Below, piece after piece: positions 28,474 through 42,200 of a stretch of DNA of 64,000 nucleotides. The notes under the pieces were generated by a model. It did not search any database. It was not told the DNA's origin and saw only the letters and a program-made list of their open reading frames with translations. This stretch comes from the human T2T-CHM13v2.0 reference genome, Homo sapiens. The number at the start of each line of letters is the position of its first letter. Positions within the stretch are counted from its first letter, which is position 1. The position numbers were made by a program, and so were the translations under genes. The DNA lies in the NCBI RefSeq assembly GCF_009914755.1, contig NC_060948.1; one strand, given 5' to 3'.

Positions 28474-29487
28474 CTGCATTCCATTCCATTCCTTTCTGTT
28501 GAGAGTATCTCACTCTGTCACCCAGCCTTGAGCACAGTGGCACAGTCTCAGCTCACATTTAATTTCACCTCTCCATTCCATTCCATTCCACTCCACTCAA
28601 CTCCACTCCACTCCAATCCATTCCACTCCACTCCTCTCCACTCCATTCCAGTCCACTCGACTCCTTTCTATTCCATCCCATTCCATTATTCTCCTTTCCA
28701 CTCCTCTCCGCTCCAATCAATTCCATTACATTCTACTCCATTCCATGCCATTCTACTCCATTCCATTCCATTCCATTCCTTTCTTTTGACAGGATCTCAC
28801 TCTATCACCCAGGCTGGTGTGCAGTGGCACAGTCTCAACTCACATTTCATTTCACTATTCCATTCCATTCCATTCCTTTTCATTCCATTCCATTCTACTG
28901 CACTGCACTCCAACCCACTCAATTTCACTCCACTCTCCTCCACTCCACTCCACTCCATTCCACTCCTCTCCACTCACCTCCACTCCACTCCAATCCACTC
29001 CATTCCTCTCCACTCCATTCCACTTTACTTCACCCCACCCCATTTCACTCCACTCCACTCTACTCTACTCCACTGAACTCCATTCCTCTCCACTCCATTC
29101 TATTCTATTCCATTCCATTCCATTCCATTCCATTCCATTCCATTCCATTCCTTTCTTTCTACAGGATCTCACTCTGTCACAAAGCCTGGAGTGCACTGGC
29201 ATAATCTCAGCTCACATTTCTTTTCACCATTCCATTGCAATAAATTCCATTCCGTTCCTTTCTTTCTACAGGATCTCACCTTTCACAAAGACTGGAATGA
29301 ACTCTGACAATCTCAGCTCACACTAATTTTCACCATTCCATCTCATTGCATTCCACTCTATTTCACTCCACTCTACTCTGTTCCACTACATTCCATTCCA
29401 TTCCACTCCAATCCAATACTTTCTACTCCACTCCACTCCCCTCCATTCCATTCCATTCCACTCCATACCATTCCATTCCTTTATTTT

Positions 29488-29543
29488 GACAGGATCTCAC
29501 TCTGTCACCCAGGCTGGAGTGCAGTGGCACAACCTCCGCTCAC
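29488..29543 (-). mobile_element. Alu 3'-end fragment, among the closest to Alu consensus
   Basis: gacaggatctcactctgtcacccaggctggagtgcagtggcacaacctccgctcac. Confidence 0.93.
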
Positions 29544-32500
29544 GTTTTATTTCATCATTCCATTCCGTTCCATTCCACTGCACTTCACCCTACTCCAATC
29601 AATTTTACTCCACTCCACTCCAAACCATTCCGTTCCATTCCATTCCACTCCACTCCACTCCATTCAACTAACTCAACTGCACTTCACTCCATCGCATTCC
29701 ACTAAACTCCATTCCACCACACTCGACTCCAGTCCCCTCTGCTCCACTCCACTACACTCCATTACATTTTACTCCACTCCACTGCATTCGACTCCACTCC
29801 ACTCCATTCCAATCTGCTCCGCTCCACTCCACTCCACTCCTCTCCACTCCACTCCATTCCATTCCATTCCATTCCATTCCATTCCATTCCATTCCATTCC
29901 ATTCCAATCCATTCCATTCCATTACACCCCATTGTGTTCCATTCCTTTCTTTCAGCAGGATATCACTGTGTCACGCAGTCTGGAGTGCAGTGGCACAATC
30001 TCAGTTCACATTACATGTCAACTTTCCATTGCATTCCATTCCATTCCATTCCATTCCACTCCACTCAACTCCACTCCACTCCAATCCATTCCACTCCACT
30101 CCTTTCTACTCCATTCCAGTCCACTCGACTCCTTTCTATTCCATCCCATTCCATTATTCTCCTTTCCACTCCTCTACGCTCCAATCAATTCCATTCCATT
30201 CTACTCCACTCCATGGCATTCTACTCCATTCCATTCCATTCCATTCCATTCCATTCCATTCCATTCCATTCCATTCCTTTCTTTTGACAGGATCTCACTC
30301 TATCACCCGGGCTGGTGTGCAGTGGCACAGTCTCAACTCACATTTCATTTCACTATTCCATTCCATTCCTTTTCATTCCATTCCATTCTACTGCACTCCA
30401 CTCCACCCCACTCAATTTCACTCCACTCTTCTCCTCTCCACTCCACTCCATTCCAATCTGCTCCCCTCCACTCCACTCCATTCCACTCCATTCCATTCCA
30501 TTCCACTCCATTCCATTCCATTCCACTCCATTCCATTCCATTCCATTCCATTCCATTCCATTCCATTCCATTCCATTCCACTCCATTCCATTCCATTCCA
30601 TTCCATTCCATTCCATTCCATTCCATTCCATTCCTTTCTTTCCACAGGATCTCACTCCGTCAAAAAGGCTGGAAATCAGTGATACAATATCAGCTCACAT
30701 TTCTTTCACCATTCCATTGTTATCCATTCCATCCCATTCTTTCCACTATATTTCACTCACCTCCACTCCACTCCGTACCATTCCTTTGCATCCCGTTCCA
30801 TTCGACCCCAGTACACTACACTCCAGTTCACTCCATTCCATTCCTTTCCTTTCCATTCCATTCCATTCCATTCCATTCCATTCCATTCCATTCCATTCCA
30901 TTACATTCCATTCCATTACATTCCATTATTTCACACCATTGCCTTCCAATCCTTTCTTTCAACGGGATGTCACGGTGTCCCCCAGGCTGGAGTGCAGTGG
31001 CACAATCTCAGCTCGCATTACATGTCAACTTTCCATTGCATTACATTCTGTTCCATTGCATTCCATTGCATTCCATTCCATTCCATTCCATTCCAGTGCA
31101 ATCCATTCGATTCTATCTCCTTCCTTTTCATTCAATTCCATTACTTTCCACTCCTTTCCACTCCACTCCTTTACATTACATGCGATTCCATTCCACTCCA
31201 TTCCACTCCCCCGCACTCCACTTCACTCCATTCCACTACATCCCATTCCATTCCACTCCATTCCACTGCAATCCACTCCACCTCTCTCCACTTCACTTCT
31301 TTCCATTTCATCCCATTCCATTCCAATCCCTTCCATTCCACTCCTTTCTTTCGACAGGATCTATCACTGTCACACAGGCTGTAGTGTACTGGCACAATCT
31401 CAACACACATTTCTTTTCAACATTCCATCAGATTCCGTTACACTGCACTCCACTCCACTCCACTCCAGGACACTCCACTCCACTCCACTCAATTCCATTT
31501 CACTCCTCTCTACTCCACTCATTCCACTCCACTTGACTCTCCTCCAACTCATTCCACTCCACTCCACTCCACTCCACTCCACTCCACTCCACTCCATTCC
31601 ACTACTTCCCATTCCATTCCTCTCCATTCCACTCCACTCCACTTCAGTCCCTTCCACTCACCTCCAGTCCCTGCCATTCCTTTCCATTCCACTGCATTCC
31701 ATTCCATTCTTTTTTTCGAGAGTATCTCACTCTGTCACCCAGCGTGGTGTGCAGTGACTTAATCTCAGCTCACATTTCATTTCACCATTCCATTCCATTC
31801 CATTCCATTCCATTCCTTTCCACTCCTCCCCAATCCACTCTTCTCCAGTCCAATCCATTCCACTCCACTCCATTCCTGTCCACTCCACTTCTGTCCATTC
31901 TATCCCATTCCGTTCCCCTCTTTTCCACTCCACACCACTCCAGTCAACTCTACTCAACTCCACTCCTTTCCATTCCACTCTATTCCATTCCATTGCTTTC
32001 TTTGTGAGTATCTCACACTGTCACCCAGGCTGGTGTTCAGTGACACAATCTCAGCTCACATTTCAATTCACCATTCCATGACATTCCTTTCCATTCCATT
32101 CCATTCAATTCCATTCCATTCCTTTCCATTCCACTGCACTCCAATCCACTCCATTCAATGCCACTCCATGGCACTCAAGGCCATTCCATTCCATTATATT
32201 CCAATTCCTTCTCTTCTACTCCTTTCTTTTGACAGGATCTCCCTTTGTCCCACTGGGTGTACAGTAGTTGCACTATCTCATCACACATTATTTTCACCAT
32301 TCTATTGCTTTGCGTTCTGTTCCGTTCCCTTATGTTCCGTATTGTTCCACTCTGTTCCACTCCACTCCCTTCCACTCCACTCCATTCAACTCCACTCCAC
32401 TCCTCTCCACTCCACTCCACTCCACTCCATTCCACTAAACACCACTCCACTCCAACCCACTACATTCCACTCCATTCCATTCCACTTATTTCCACTGCAC

Positions 32501-33443
32501 TCCACTCCACTCCATTCCACTCCCCTCCAGTCCATTCCACTATACTTCACTCCATTCCTCTCCACTCCATTTTACTCCACTGCATTCCACTTCACTCCAC
32601 TCCACTCCACTCCACTCCATTCCATTCCATTCCATTCCACTCCATTCCATTCCATTCCTTTCTTTCCACACAATGTCACTCTGTCACAAAGGCTGTAGTG
32701 CATTGGCACAATCTTAGCTTCCATTTATTTACACCATTCCATTGCATTCCATTCCGTCCCATTCCAATCCATTCTATTTCACTCCACCCCACTCCACTCC
32801 ATCCCATTCCATTCGATTCCATTCCACTCCACTCCACTCCACTCCACTCTACTCCATTCCATTCCAACCCATGCCATTCCATTGCACTCCATTGCATTCC
32901 ATTCCTTTCTCTTGACAGGATTTCACTGTGTCACCCAGGCTGGAGAGCACAGGCAGAATGTCAGCTCACATTACAGGTTAACTTTCCATTGCTTTGCATT
33001 CTATTCCATTGCATTTCTTTCCATTCCATTCCATTCTGTTCAATTCTATTCGATTCAATTCCATTCCGTTCCATTCCATTCCATGCGGTCCACTCCACTC
33101 TACTCCACTACATTCCATTACATCCGATTTCATTCCACTCCATTCCACTCCACTACACTCTACTCCACTCCATCCCATTCCATTCCGCTCTATTCCACTG
33201 CACTGCACTGCACCTCAATCCACTCAACTTCATTCCATTCCATTCCATCCCATTCCATTCCTCTCCATTCCACTCCATTCTACTTCACACCACTCCACTC
33301 CAGTCCATTCCATTCCATTCCATTCCATTCCATTCCATTCCACTTCACTCCACTCCACTCCATTCCACTCCACTGCACACCACTCCACTCCATTCCAATC
33401 CTTCCCATTCCATTCAGCTCCATTCCACTCTATTACTGAGCAT

Positions 33444-33471
33444 GGATCTCAGTGTCACAATCTAAGCTCAC
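33444..33471 (-). mobile_element. Internally deleted Alu cassette
   Basis: ggatctc|agtgtcacaatctaagctcac lacks ~24 central bases and the upstream T tract. Confidence 0.75.
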
Positions 33472-35161
33472 ATTTTATTTCACAATTCCATTCCATTCAA
33501 TTCCATTCTATTCCATTACATTCCATTTCACTCCGTTCCACTTCACTCCACTCCAATACACTACATTCCATTACATCCGTTTCTATTCCACTCCATTACA
33601 CTCCTCCCCACTCCACTGAACTCCACGCCACTTCATTCCACTTCAACCCATTCAATTCCGCTCCTTTGCACTGCACTCCACTCAACCCCAATCCACTCAA
33701 CTTCATTTATTTCCATTCCACCCCATTCCATTCCTCTCCATTCCACTCCACTCAAATTCACTCCACTCCATTCCATTCCACTCCATTCCACTCCACTCCA
33801 TTCCAGTCCACTCCACTCCATTCCATTCCATCCCATTCCATTCCACTCTTTTCCACTCCGTTCCACTCCACTCCACTCCATTGCAATCCACTACACTCCA
33901 ATCGAATTAATTCCACTCCATTCCATTCCATTCCATTCCATTCCATTCCATTCCATTCCATTCCATTCCATTCCATTCCATTTCACTCCAATACATTCCA
34001 TACCTTTCTTTCGACAAGATATCACTGTGTCACCCAGGCTTGAGTGCAGTGGCACAATCTCAGCTCACATTACATGTCAACTTTCCATTGCATTGCATTC
34101 TATTCCATTGTATTCCATTCCATTCCAATCAATTCCATTCCATTCCAATACATTCCATTCCATTCAAGAAAATTCCATTCCATCCCGTTCCACTCCACTC
34201 CACTCCACTCCACTACATTTCATTACATCAGAATCCATTCCACTCCATTCCACTCCTTTCCACTCCACTGCACACCACTCCACTCCATTCCAATCCTTCC
34301 CATTCCATTCAGCTCCATTCCACTGCAGTCCACACCACCCCACTCCCCTCCAATTCATTCCATTCCATTCCGTCCCATTCCATTCCTCTCCATTCCACTC
34401 TACTCCATTTCACTCCACTCCTCTCTACTGCTGTTCATTCCATTCCCTTCCACTCCATTCCATTCCACTGCTTTCCGTTCCATTCCTTTCTTTTGAGAGT
34501 ATCTCACTCTCTCACCCAGCCTGGAGCACAGTGGCACAAACTCAGCTCATACTTCATTACAATTCCATTGCATTGCATTCCATTCTATTCCATTCCATTC
34601 CATTCCATTCCATTCCATTCCATTCCATTCCATTCCACTTCACTCCACTCCACTCCATTCCACTCCACTCCACTCTAATCCATTCCATTCCATTCCAATC
34701 CCTTCCTTTTCTCTCCTTTCTTTCGACAGGATCTCCCTCTGTCACAGAGGCTGTAGCCTAGTGTCACAATCTCAGCACACATTTCCCTTCACCTTTCCGT
34801 TCTGTTTTTTTCCTTTCCATTCTGTAACATTCCGTTCCACTCCACTCCACTCTATTCCACTCCACTCCACTCGGTTTCATTCCACTTTATTTGATTCCAC
34901 TCTATTGCACTGCACTCCATTCCACCCCACTCCACTCCATTCCACCCCACTCCACTCCATTCCACTCCATTCCATTCGGCTCCATTGCACTTCTCTCCAC
35001 TCCACCCCACTCCACTCCACTCCACTGCATTCCACTCCTCTCCACTCCACTACACTACATTCAACTCCACTCTACTCCACTCCATTCCACTCCCCTCCAC
35101 TCCACTCCACTCCACTCCATTCCATTCTATTACACTCTAGTCCATTCCATTTCTTTCTTTC

Positions 35162-36745
35162 CCCAGGATCTCACTCTGTTACAAAAGTTGGAGTGCAGTG
35201 GCAGAATCTCAGCTCACATTTCTTTTCATCATTCCTTTGCTTTCCCTTCCATTCCATTCCACTCAATTTCACTCCACTCCACTGCATTCCATTCCACTCG
35301 ATCCCATTCCATTCAACTCAATTCCACTCCACTCCACTTCACTCCACTCCACTCCAGTCCACTCCATTCCATTCCATTCCATTTCAGACCATTGCATTCC
35401 ATTCCTATCTTTCAACAGGATATCACTGGGTCACCCAGGCTGGAGTGCAGTGGCACAATATCAACTCACATTACATGTCAACATACAATTGCATTGCGAT
35501 CTATTCCATTGCTTTCCATTGCATTCCATTCCTTTCCATTCCATTCCATGCAATTCAATTCCATCCCACTACATTCCACTACATTCCATTACATCTGATT
35601 CCATTCCACTACATTCCACTCCTCTCCACTCTACTGCACTCCACTCTACTCCATTCCACTCCATCCCATTTCATTCCACTTCATGCCGCTGCACTCCACT
35701 CTACCCTACTCCACTCCACTTCATTCAATTCCATCCCATTCCATTCCTCTCCATTCCATTCCACTCCACTTCCCTCCACTCCACTACATTCCTCTCTATT
35801 CCATTCCACTGCATTTCATTCCATTCCTTTCTTTAGAGAGTATGTCACTCTGTCACCCATCCTGGAGCACAATGTCACAATCCCATCTCACATTTCATTT
35901 CACCATTCCGTTCCATTCCATTCCATTCCATTCCATTCCAGTCCATTCCAGTCCACTCCACTGCACTCCGCTCCATTCCAATCTATTCCACTCAACTCCA
36001 CTCCACTCTATTCCAGTTCACTCCACTCCTTTCAATTCCATCCAGTTCCAATGCACTGTTTTCCACTCCACTGCACTCCACTCCATTGCAGTCCATTCCA
36101 CGCCATTTCATTTCATTCCTTTCTTTTGACAGGATCTCACTCTGTTACCCAGGCAGGTGTGCAATGGCACAATCTCAGCTCACATTTCATTTCACCATTA
36201 AATTCCATTGCATTCTATTCCACTGCACTCCACTACACTCAATTTCATTCGACTCCACTCCAATCCATTCTATTCCATTCCATTCCATTCCATTCCGTTC
36301 CATTCCGTTCCGTTCCGTTCCGTTCCGTTCCGTTCCGTTCCATTCCATTCCATTCCATTCCAATCCCTTCCATTCAATTCCTTTCTTTCAACAGGATCTT
36401 CCTCTGTCACACAGGCTGTAGTGTAATGGACCAATCTCAGCACATATTTCTTTTCACTATTCCATTCCAGTTCTTTCCATTCCATTCTGTTCCATTCCGT
36501 TCCATTCCATTCCATTCCATTCCACTCCACTCTTCTCCACTCCACTCCACTCCTCTCAGTTCCCTCCACTCCATTCTAATCCACTCCACTCCTTTCCACT
36601 CCATTCCACTCCACTCCACTCCATTCCACTCCACTCCACTCCATTCCACTCCACCCCACTCCATTCCATTCCAGTCCACTCCACTCCACTTCACTCCATT
36701 CCACTCCATTCCATTCCACTCCATTCCATTCCATTCCTTTCTTTC
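35162..36745 (+). repeat. One complete A-B-C-D-E higher-order unit (~1.58 kb)
   Basis: A 35162, B 35414, C 35836, D 36128, E 36390, next A 36746. Confidence 0.85.
36306..36340 (+). repeat. (CGTTC)7 CpG-containing variant run
   Basis: Seven perfect consecutive cgttc pentamers. Confidence 0.92.
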
Positions 36746-37031
36746 CACAGGATCCCAATCTGTCACAAAGTCTGGAGTGTAGTTGCACAATCTCAGCTCA
36801 CATTTCTTTTGACCATTCCATTGCCTTCCATTCCGTCCCATTCCATTACACTCTATTGCACTCCACTCCACTCTACTACACTCCACTCCACTCAAATCCA
36901 TTCCATTCCATCCCATTCCATTCGATTCCATTCCACTCCACTCCATTGAACTGCACTCCACTCCATTCCCTTCCATTCCATTGCAACCATTCCATTCCAT
37001 TTCACTCCATTGCATTCCATTCCTTTCTTTT

Positions 37032-37087
37032 GGCAGGATATCACTGTGTCACCCAGGCTGGAGTGCAGTGGCACAATCTCAGCTCAC
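37032..37087 (-). mobile_element. Alu 3'-end fragment, class B
   Basis: ggcaggatatcactgtgtcacccaggctggagtgcagtggcacaatctcagctcac. Confidence 0.9.
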
Positions 37088-37651
37088 ATTACTTCTCAAC
37101 TTTCCATTGCATTGCATTCTGTTCAATTGCATTCCATTGCATCCCATTCCATTTCATTCCATTGCACTCCATTCCATTCAATTCCACTCCGTTGCACTCA
37201 ACTCCACTCCACTGCTTTCCATCACATCCGATTCCATTCCACTCCATTCCACACCTCTCCACTCCACTGCACTCCACGACAATCCATTCAACTACATCCC
37301 ATTCCATTCCACTCCACTCCACTCCACCATATTCCACTCAAGTTCATTCCATTCAATTCCATCCTATTCCGTTCTTCTGTATTCCACTCCGCTCCCTCCA
37401 CTCCTCTCCATTCCACTCCACTCCTTTCCACTCCACTCCATTCCACTCCTCTCCATTCCATTCCACTCCACTCTACTCCATTCCACTCCACTCCGTTCCA
37501 CTCCATGCCACTCCACTCCACTCCACCCCACTCCACCCACTCCGTTTCACTCCATTCCACTGCACTCCATTCCACTCTACTCCACTACATTCTCTTCCAT
37601 TCCACTCCACTCCATCCCACTCCACTCCATTCCATTCCATTCCTTTCTTTC

Positions 37652-39228
37652 CACAGGATCTCACTCTGTCACAAAGTCTGGAGTGAACTGGCACAATCTC
37701 AACACATATTTCTTTTCAGCGTTCTATTGCATTCTATTAAATCTTATTCCATTCCACTCTATTTTGCTCCTCTCCACTCCATTCCATTCCACTGCAGAAC
37801 GTTCCAATCGACTCCACTCCACTCCAATTCATTCCATTCCATTCCATTCCATTTAACTCCTTTGCATTCCATTACTTTCTTTCGACAGGATATCACTGTG
37901 TCACTCAGGCTGTGGTGCAGTGGAACAATCTCATCTCACATTACATGCCAACTTGCCATTTTATTGCATTCTATTCCATTGCATTCCATTCTATTCCATT
38001 CCATTCAATTCCAGTATATTCGACTCCATTCCACTCCACTGCACTCCACTCCACTACATTCAATTACATCCGATTCCATTCCACTCCACTCCACTCCTGT
38101 CCACACCACTGCAATCCAATCCATTCCATTCCACTCCATCCCATTGCATTACCCTCCCATACACTGTAATCCTCTCCCCCGCACTCCATTCCACTTCATT
38201 CCATTCCATTCCATTCCTCTCCATTCCACTCCACTCCACTCCCCTCCAGTCCACGCCATTCCATTCCATTCCACAGCATTCCATTCCATTCATCTTTGGA
38301 GATTATCTCACTCTGTCACCCAGCCTGGAGTGCAGTGGCATAATCTCAGCTCACATTTTATTTCACCATTCCAGTCCATTTTATTCCATTCCATTCCACT
38401 CCACTCTTCTCCATGCCAATCGATTCCACTCCACTTCACTCCACTCCATTCCAGTCCACTCCACTCCTTTCCATTCCATTCCATTTCATTCCACTCCTTT
38501 CCACTCCACTCCACTCAACTCCACTCCATTCTACTCCATTCCATTCCATTCCTTTCTTTTGACACCATCTCACTCTGTTACCCAGACTGATGTGCAGTGG
38601 CTCAATCTCAGCTCAAATTTCATTTCACATTCCATTCCATTCCATTGCATTGCATTCCATTCCATTCCAATGCACTCCACTCCTCGCCACTCAATTCCAC
38701 TCCACTCTACTCCAGTCCATTCCTTTCCATTACATTCCAATCCCTTCTATTCCACTCCTTTCTTTCAACAGGATCTCCCTCTCTCACACAGGCTGCAGTT
38801 TAGTGGCACAATCTCAGCACACATTTCTTTGCAACATTCCATTGCATTCCATTCCATTCCATTCCACTCCGTTCCTCTCCACTCCACTCCACCCAATTCC
38901 AATCCACTCCATTCCACTCCACTCCACTCTACTCCCTTCCACTCCACTCCACTCCAGTCCACTCCATTCCAATCTACTCCGTTCCACTCCACTCCAATGC
39001 ACTCCTCTCCATTCCATTCCTTTCTGCACCATTCCACTGCAATCCACTCCACCCCAATCGACTCCACTCCACTCCACTACTTTCCACTCCAGTCTACTCC
39101 ACTCCATTCCATTAAGCTCCACTCCACTCCATTACATTAAGCTCCACTCCATTTCACTTCACTCCATTCAACTCCACTCCACTCCTTTCCATTCCATTCC
39201 ACTCCATTCTATTCCACTCCTTTCTTTC
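37652..39228 (+). repeat. Complete A-B-C-D-E higher-order unit (~1.58 kb)
   Basis: A 37652, B 37884, C 38299, D 38561, E 38767, next A 39229. Confidence 0.83.
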
Positions 39229-42200
39229 CACCGGGTCTCTCTCTTTCACAAAGTTTGTAGTGCAGTGGCACAATCTCAGCTTATATTTATTTTCACCATT
39301 TCATTGCATTCCATTCCATCCCATTCCATTCCACTCTTTTTCACTCCTCTCCCCTCCACTCTATCCCATTTCACTCCATCCCATTCCATTTGATTCCATT
39401 CCACTCCACTCCACTCCACTCCACTCCATTCCGTTCCTTTCCATTCTATTCTATTCCATTCCATTGCTCTCCATTGCATTCCATTACTTTCTTTCGATAG
39501 GATTTGACTGTGTCACACAGGTTGGAGTGTAGTGGCACAATCTCAGCTCACATTACATGTCAACTTTCCATTTCTTTTCATTCTATTCAATTGCATTCCA
39601 TTCCATTCCATTCCATTCCGTTCCGTTCCGTTCCATTCCGTTCCGTTCCATTCCATTTCATTTAATTCCATTCCATTCAACTCCTTTCCACTCCACTCCA
39701 CCCCACTCAACTACATTCCATTACATCCGATTCCGTTCCACTCCATTCCACTCCTCTCCACTCCACTCCACTCCACTCCACTCCACTCCATTCCACTCCA
39801 TCCCATTCCATTCGGCTCCATTCCACTGCACTCCCCTCCACCCCAATTCACTCCACTTCATTCCATTCTGTTCCATCCCATTCAATTCCTCTACATTCCA
39901 CTCCGATCCTCTTCACTCCACACCACTCCAGTCCACTCCATTTCATTGCATTCTCTTCCATTCCATTCCAGTCCATTCCACTCCATCTCATTCCATTCCT
40001 TTCTTTTGAGAGTATTTCACTCTGTTACCAAGACTAGAGTGCAGTGGCACAATCTCAGCTCCCATTTCATTTCACCATTCCAATCCATTCCATTCCATTA
40101 TATTCCACTCTGTTCAATGCCACTCCACTACATTCCATTACATCCGATTCCACTCCATTCCATTCCTCTCCTCTCTACTCCACTACACTCCACTACATTC
40201 CATTCCACTCCATCACCTTCCATTCGGCTCCATTCCACTGCAGTCCACTCCACCCTAATCCAATCCACTTCATTCCATCCCATTCCATCCCATTCCATTC
40301 CTCTTCATTCCACTCCAATCCACTTAACTCCACCCACTCCGTTCCAGTCCACTCCATTTCATTGCATTCCATTCCATTCCACTCCATTCCTTTCTTTTGA
40401 GATTATCTCACTCTGATACCAATCCTATAGCACAGTGGCAAATTCTCAGCTCACATTTCATTTCACCATTCCTTTCCATTCCATTTTATTCCTTTGCATT
40501 CCATTCCATTCCACTCCACTCTACTCCAATCATCTCCACTCCATTCCATTCCACTCTGTTCCAGTCCACTCCTCTCCATTCCATTCCATCCCATTTCATT
40601 CCACTCATTTCCACTCCATTCCACTCCACTCCATTCTACTCCACTCAAATCCTCTGCTCTCCACTGCACTCCACTCCACAAAATTGCTCTCCAATCCATT
40701 CCATTCCATTCCATTTCACTCCATTGCATTCCATTCCTTTCTTTCCACAGGATATCACTGTGTTACCCAGGCTTGAGTACAGTGGCACAATCTCAGCTCA
40801 CACTTCATATCCAGTTTCCATTGCATTCCATTCTATTCCATTCCATTCCATTCCGTTAAATTCCTTTCCATTCCCTTCCACTCCACTCCACTACGTTTCA
40901 TTACATCCAATTCCATTCTACTCTATTCCACTTCTCTCCACTTCACTGCACACTACTTCACTTCATTCCACTCCATCCCATTACATTCCGCTCCATTACT
41001 CTGCACTCCACTCCACCCCACTCCACTCCTGTTGATTCCATTCTATTCAATCCCATTCTATTCTTCTCCATTCCACTCTACTCCACTTCACTCAATTCCA
41101 CTCCACTGCAGTCCAATCCTTTCCATTCCATTCCATTCCATTCCACTGCGTTTCATTCCATTCCTTTCTTTCGAGACTATCTCACTCTGTCACCCAGCCT
41201 TTAAGCAGAGTGCACAAACTAAGTTCACATTTCATTACCATTCCATTCCATTTCTTTCCTCTACACTCCAGTACTCCTCTCCACTCCATTCCATTCCATT
41301 CCATTTTACTCCATTGCATTGCATTCCTTTCTTTTGACAGGTTCTTCCTCTGTCACCCAGGCTGGTGTGTTGTAGCACAATCTCGGCTCACATTTCATTT
41401 CACCAATCCATTCCACTACACGCCACTCCACTCCACTGAATTCCACTCCACTCCACTGCAATCCATTCCTTTCCATTACATTCCATTCCATTCCTACTAT
41501 TTCATTTCTTTCTTTTGACAGGATCTCCCTCTGTCACACAGGCTGTAGCATAGTGGTAAAATCTCAGCACACGTTCCTTTTCACCATTCCATTCCATTCC
41601 ATTCCACTGCATTCCACTCCACCCCACTCCACTCCTCCCCATTCCATTCCATTCCACTCCTTTCAATCCCATTCCTTTCTTTCCACAGGATCTCACCCTG
41701 CCACAAATGCTGGAGTTCTGTGGCACAATCTCAGCTCACTTTTCTTTTCACTATTCCATTGCATTCTATTCCATCCCATTACATTCCACTTTATTTCACT
41801 CCACTCCACTCTAATCCACTCCACTCCACTCCATTCCACTTCACTTCATCCCATTCCATTCGACTCCATTACACTCACCTCCACTCCATTCAATTCCTTT
41901 CCGTTCCATTTCTTTTCACACCATTGCATTCCATTCCTTTCTCTCAACAGGATGTCACTGTGTCCCCCAGGCTGGAGTGCAGTGGAACAATCTCAGCTCA
42001 CATTACATGTCAGCTTTCCATTTCATTGCATTCTATTCCATTGCATTCCATTCCATTCCATTGCATTCCATTACATTCCACTCCACTCCACTCCACATCA
42101 TTACATTAAATCTGATTCCACTCCACTGCACTCCACTACATTTCATTACTTCTGATTCCATTCCACTCCTCTCCACTCCACTGTACACCACTACACTCAA

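Noticed and set aside
29488-29543. 7SL/SRP RNA or an active Alu/BC200-type ncRNA gene
   Set aside because: Only ~56 bp of the 3' end is present, with no Pol III A/B boxes and no intact poly(A) tail.
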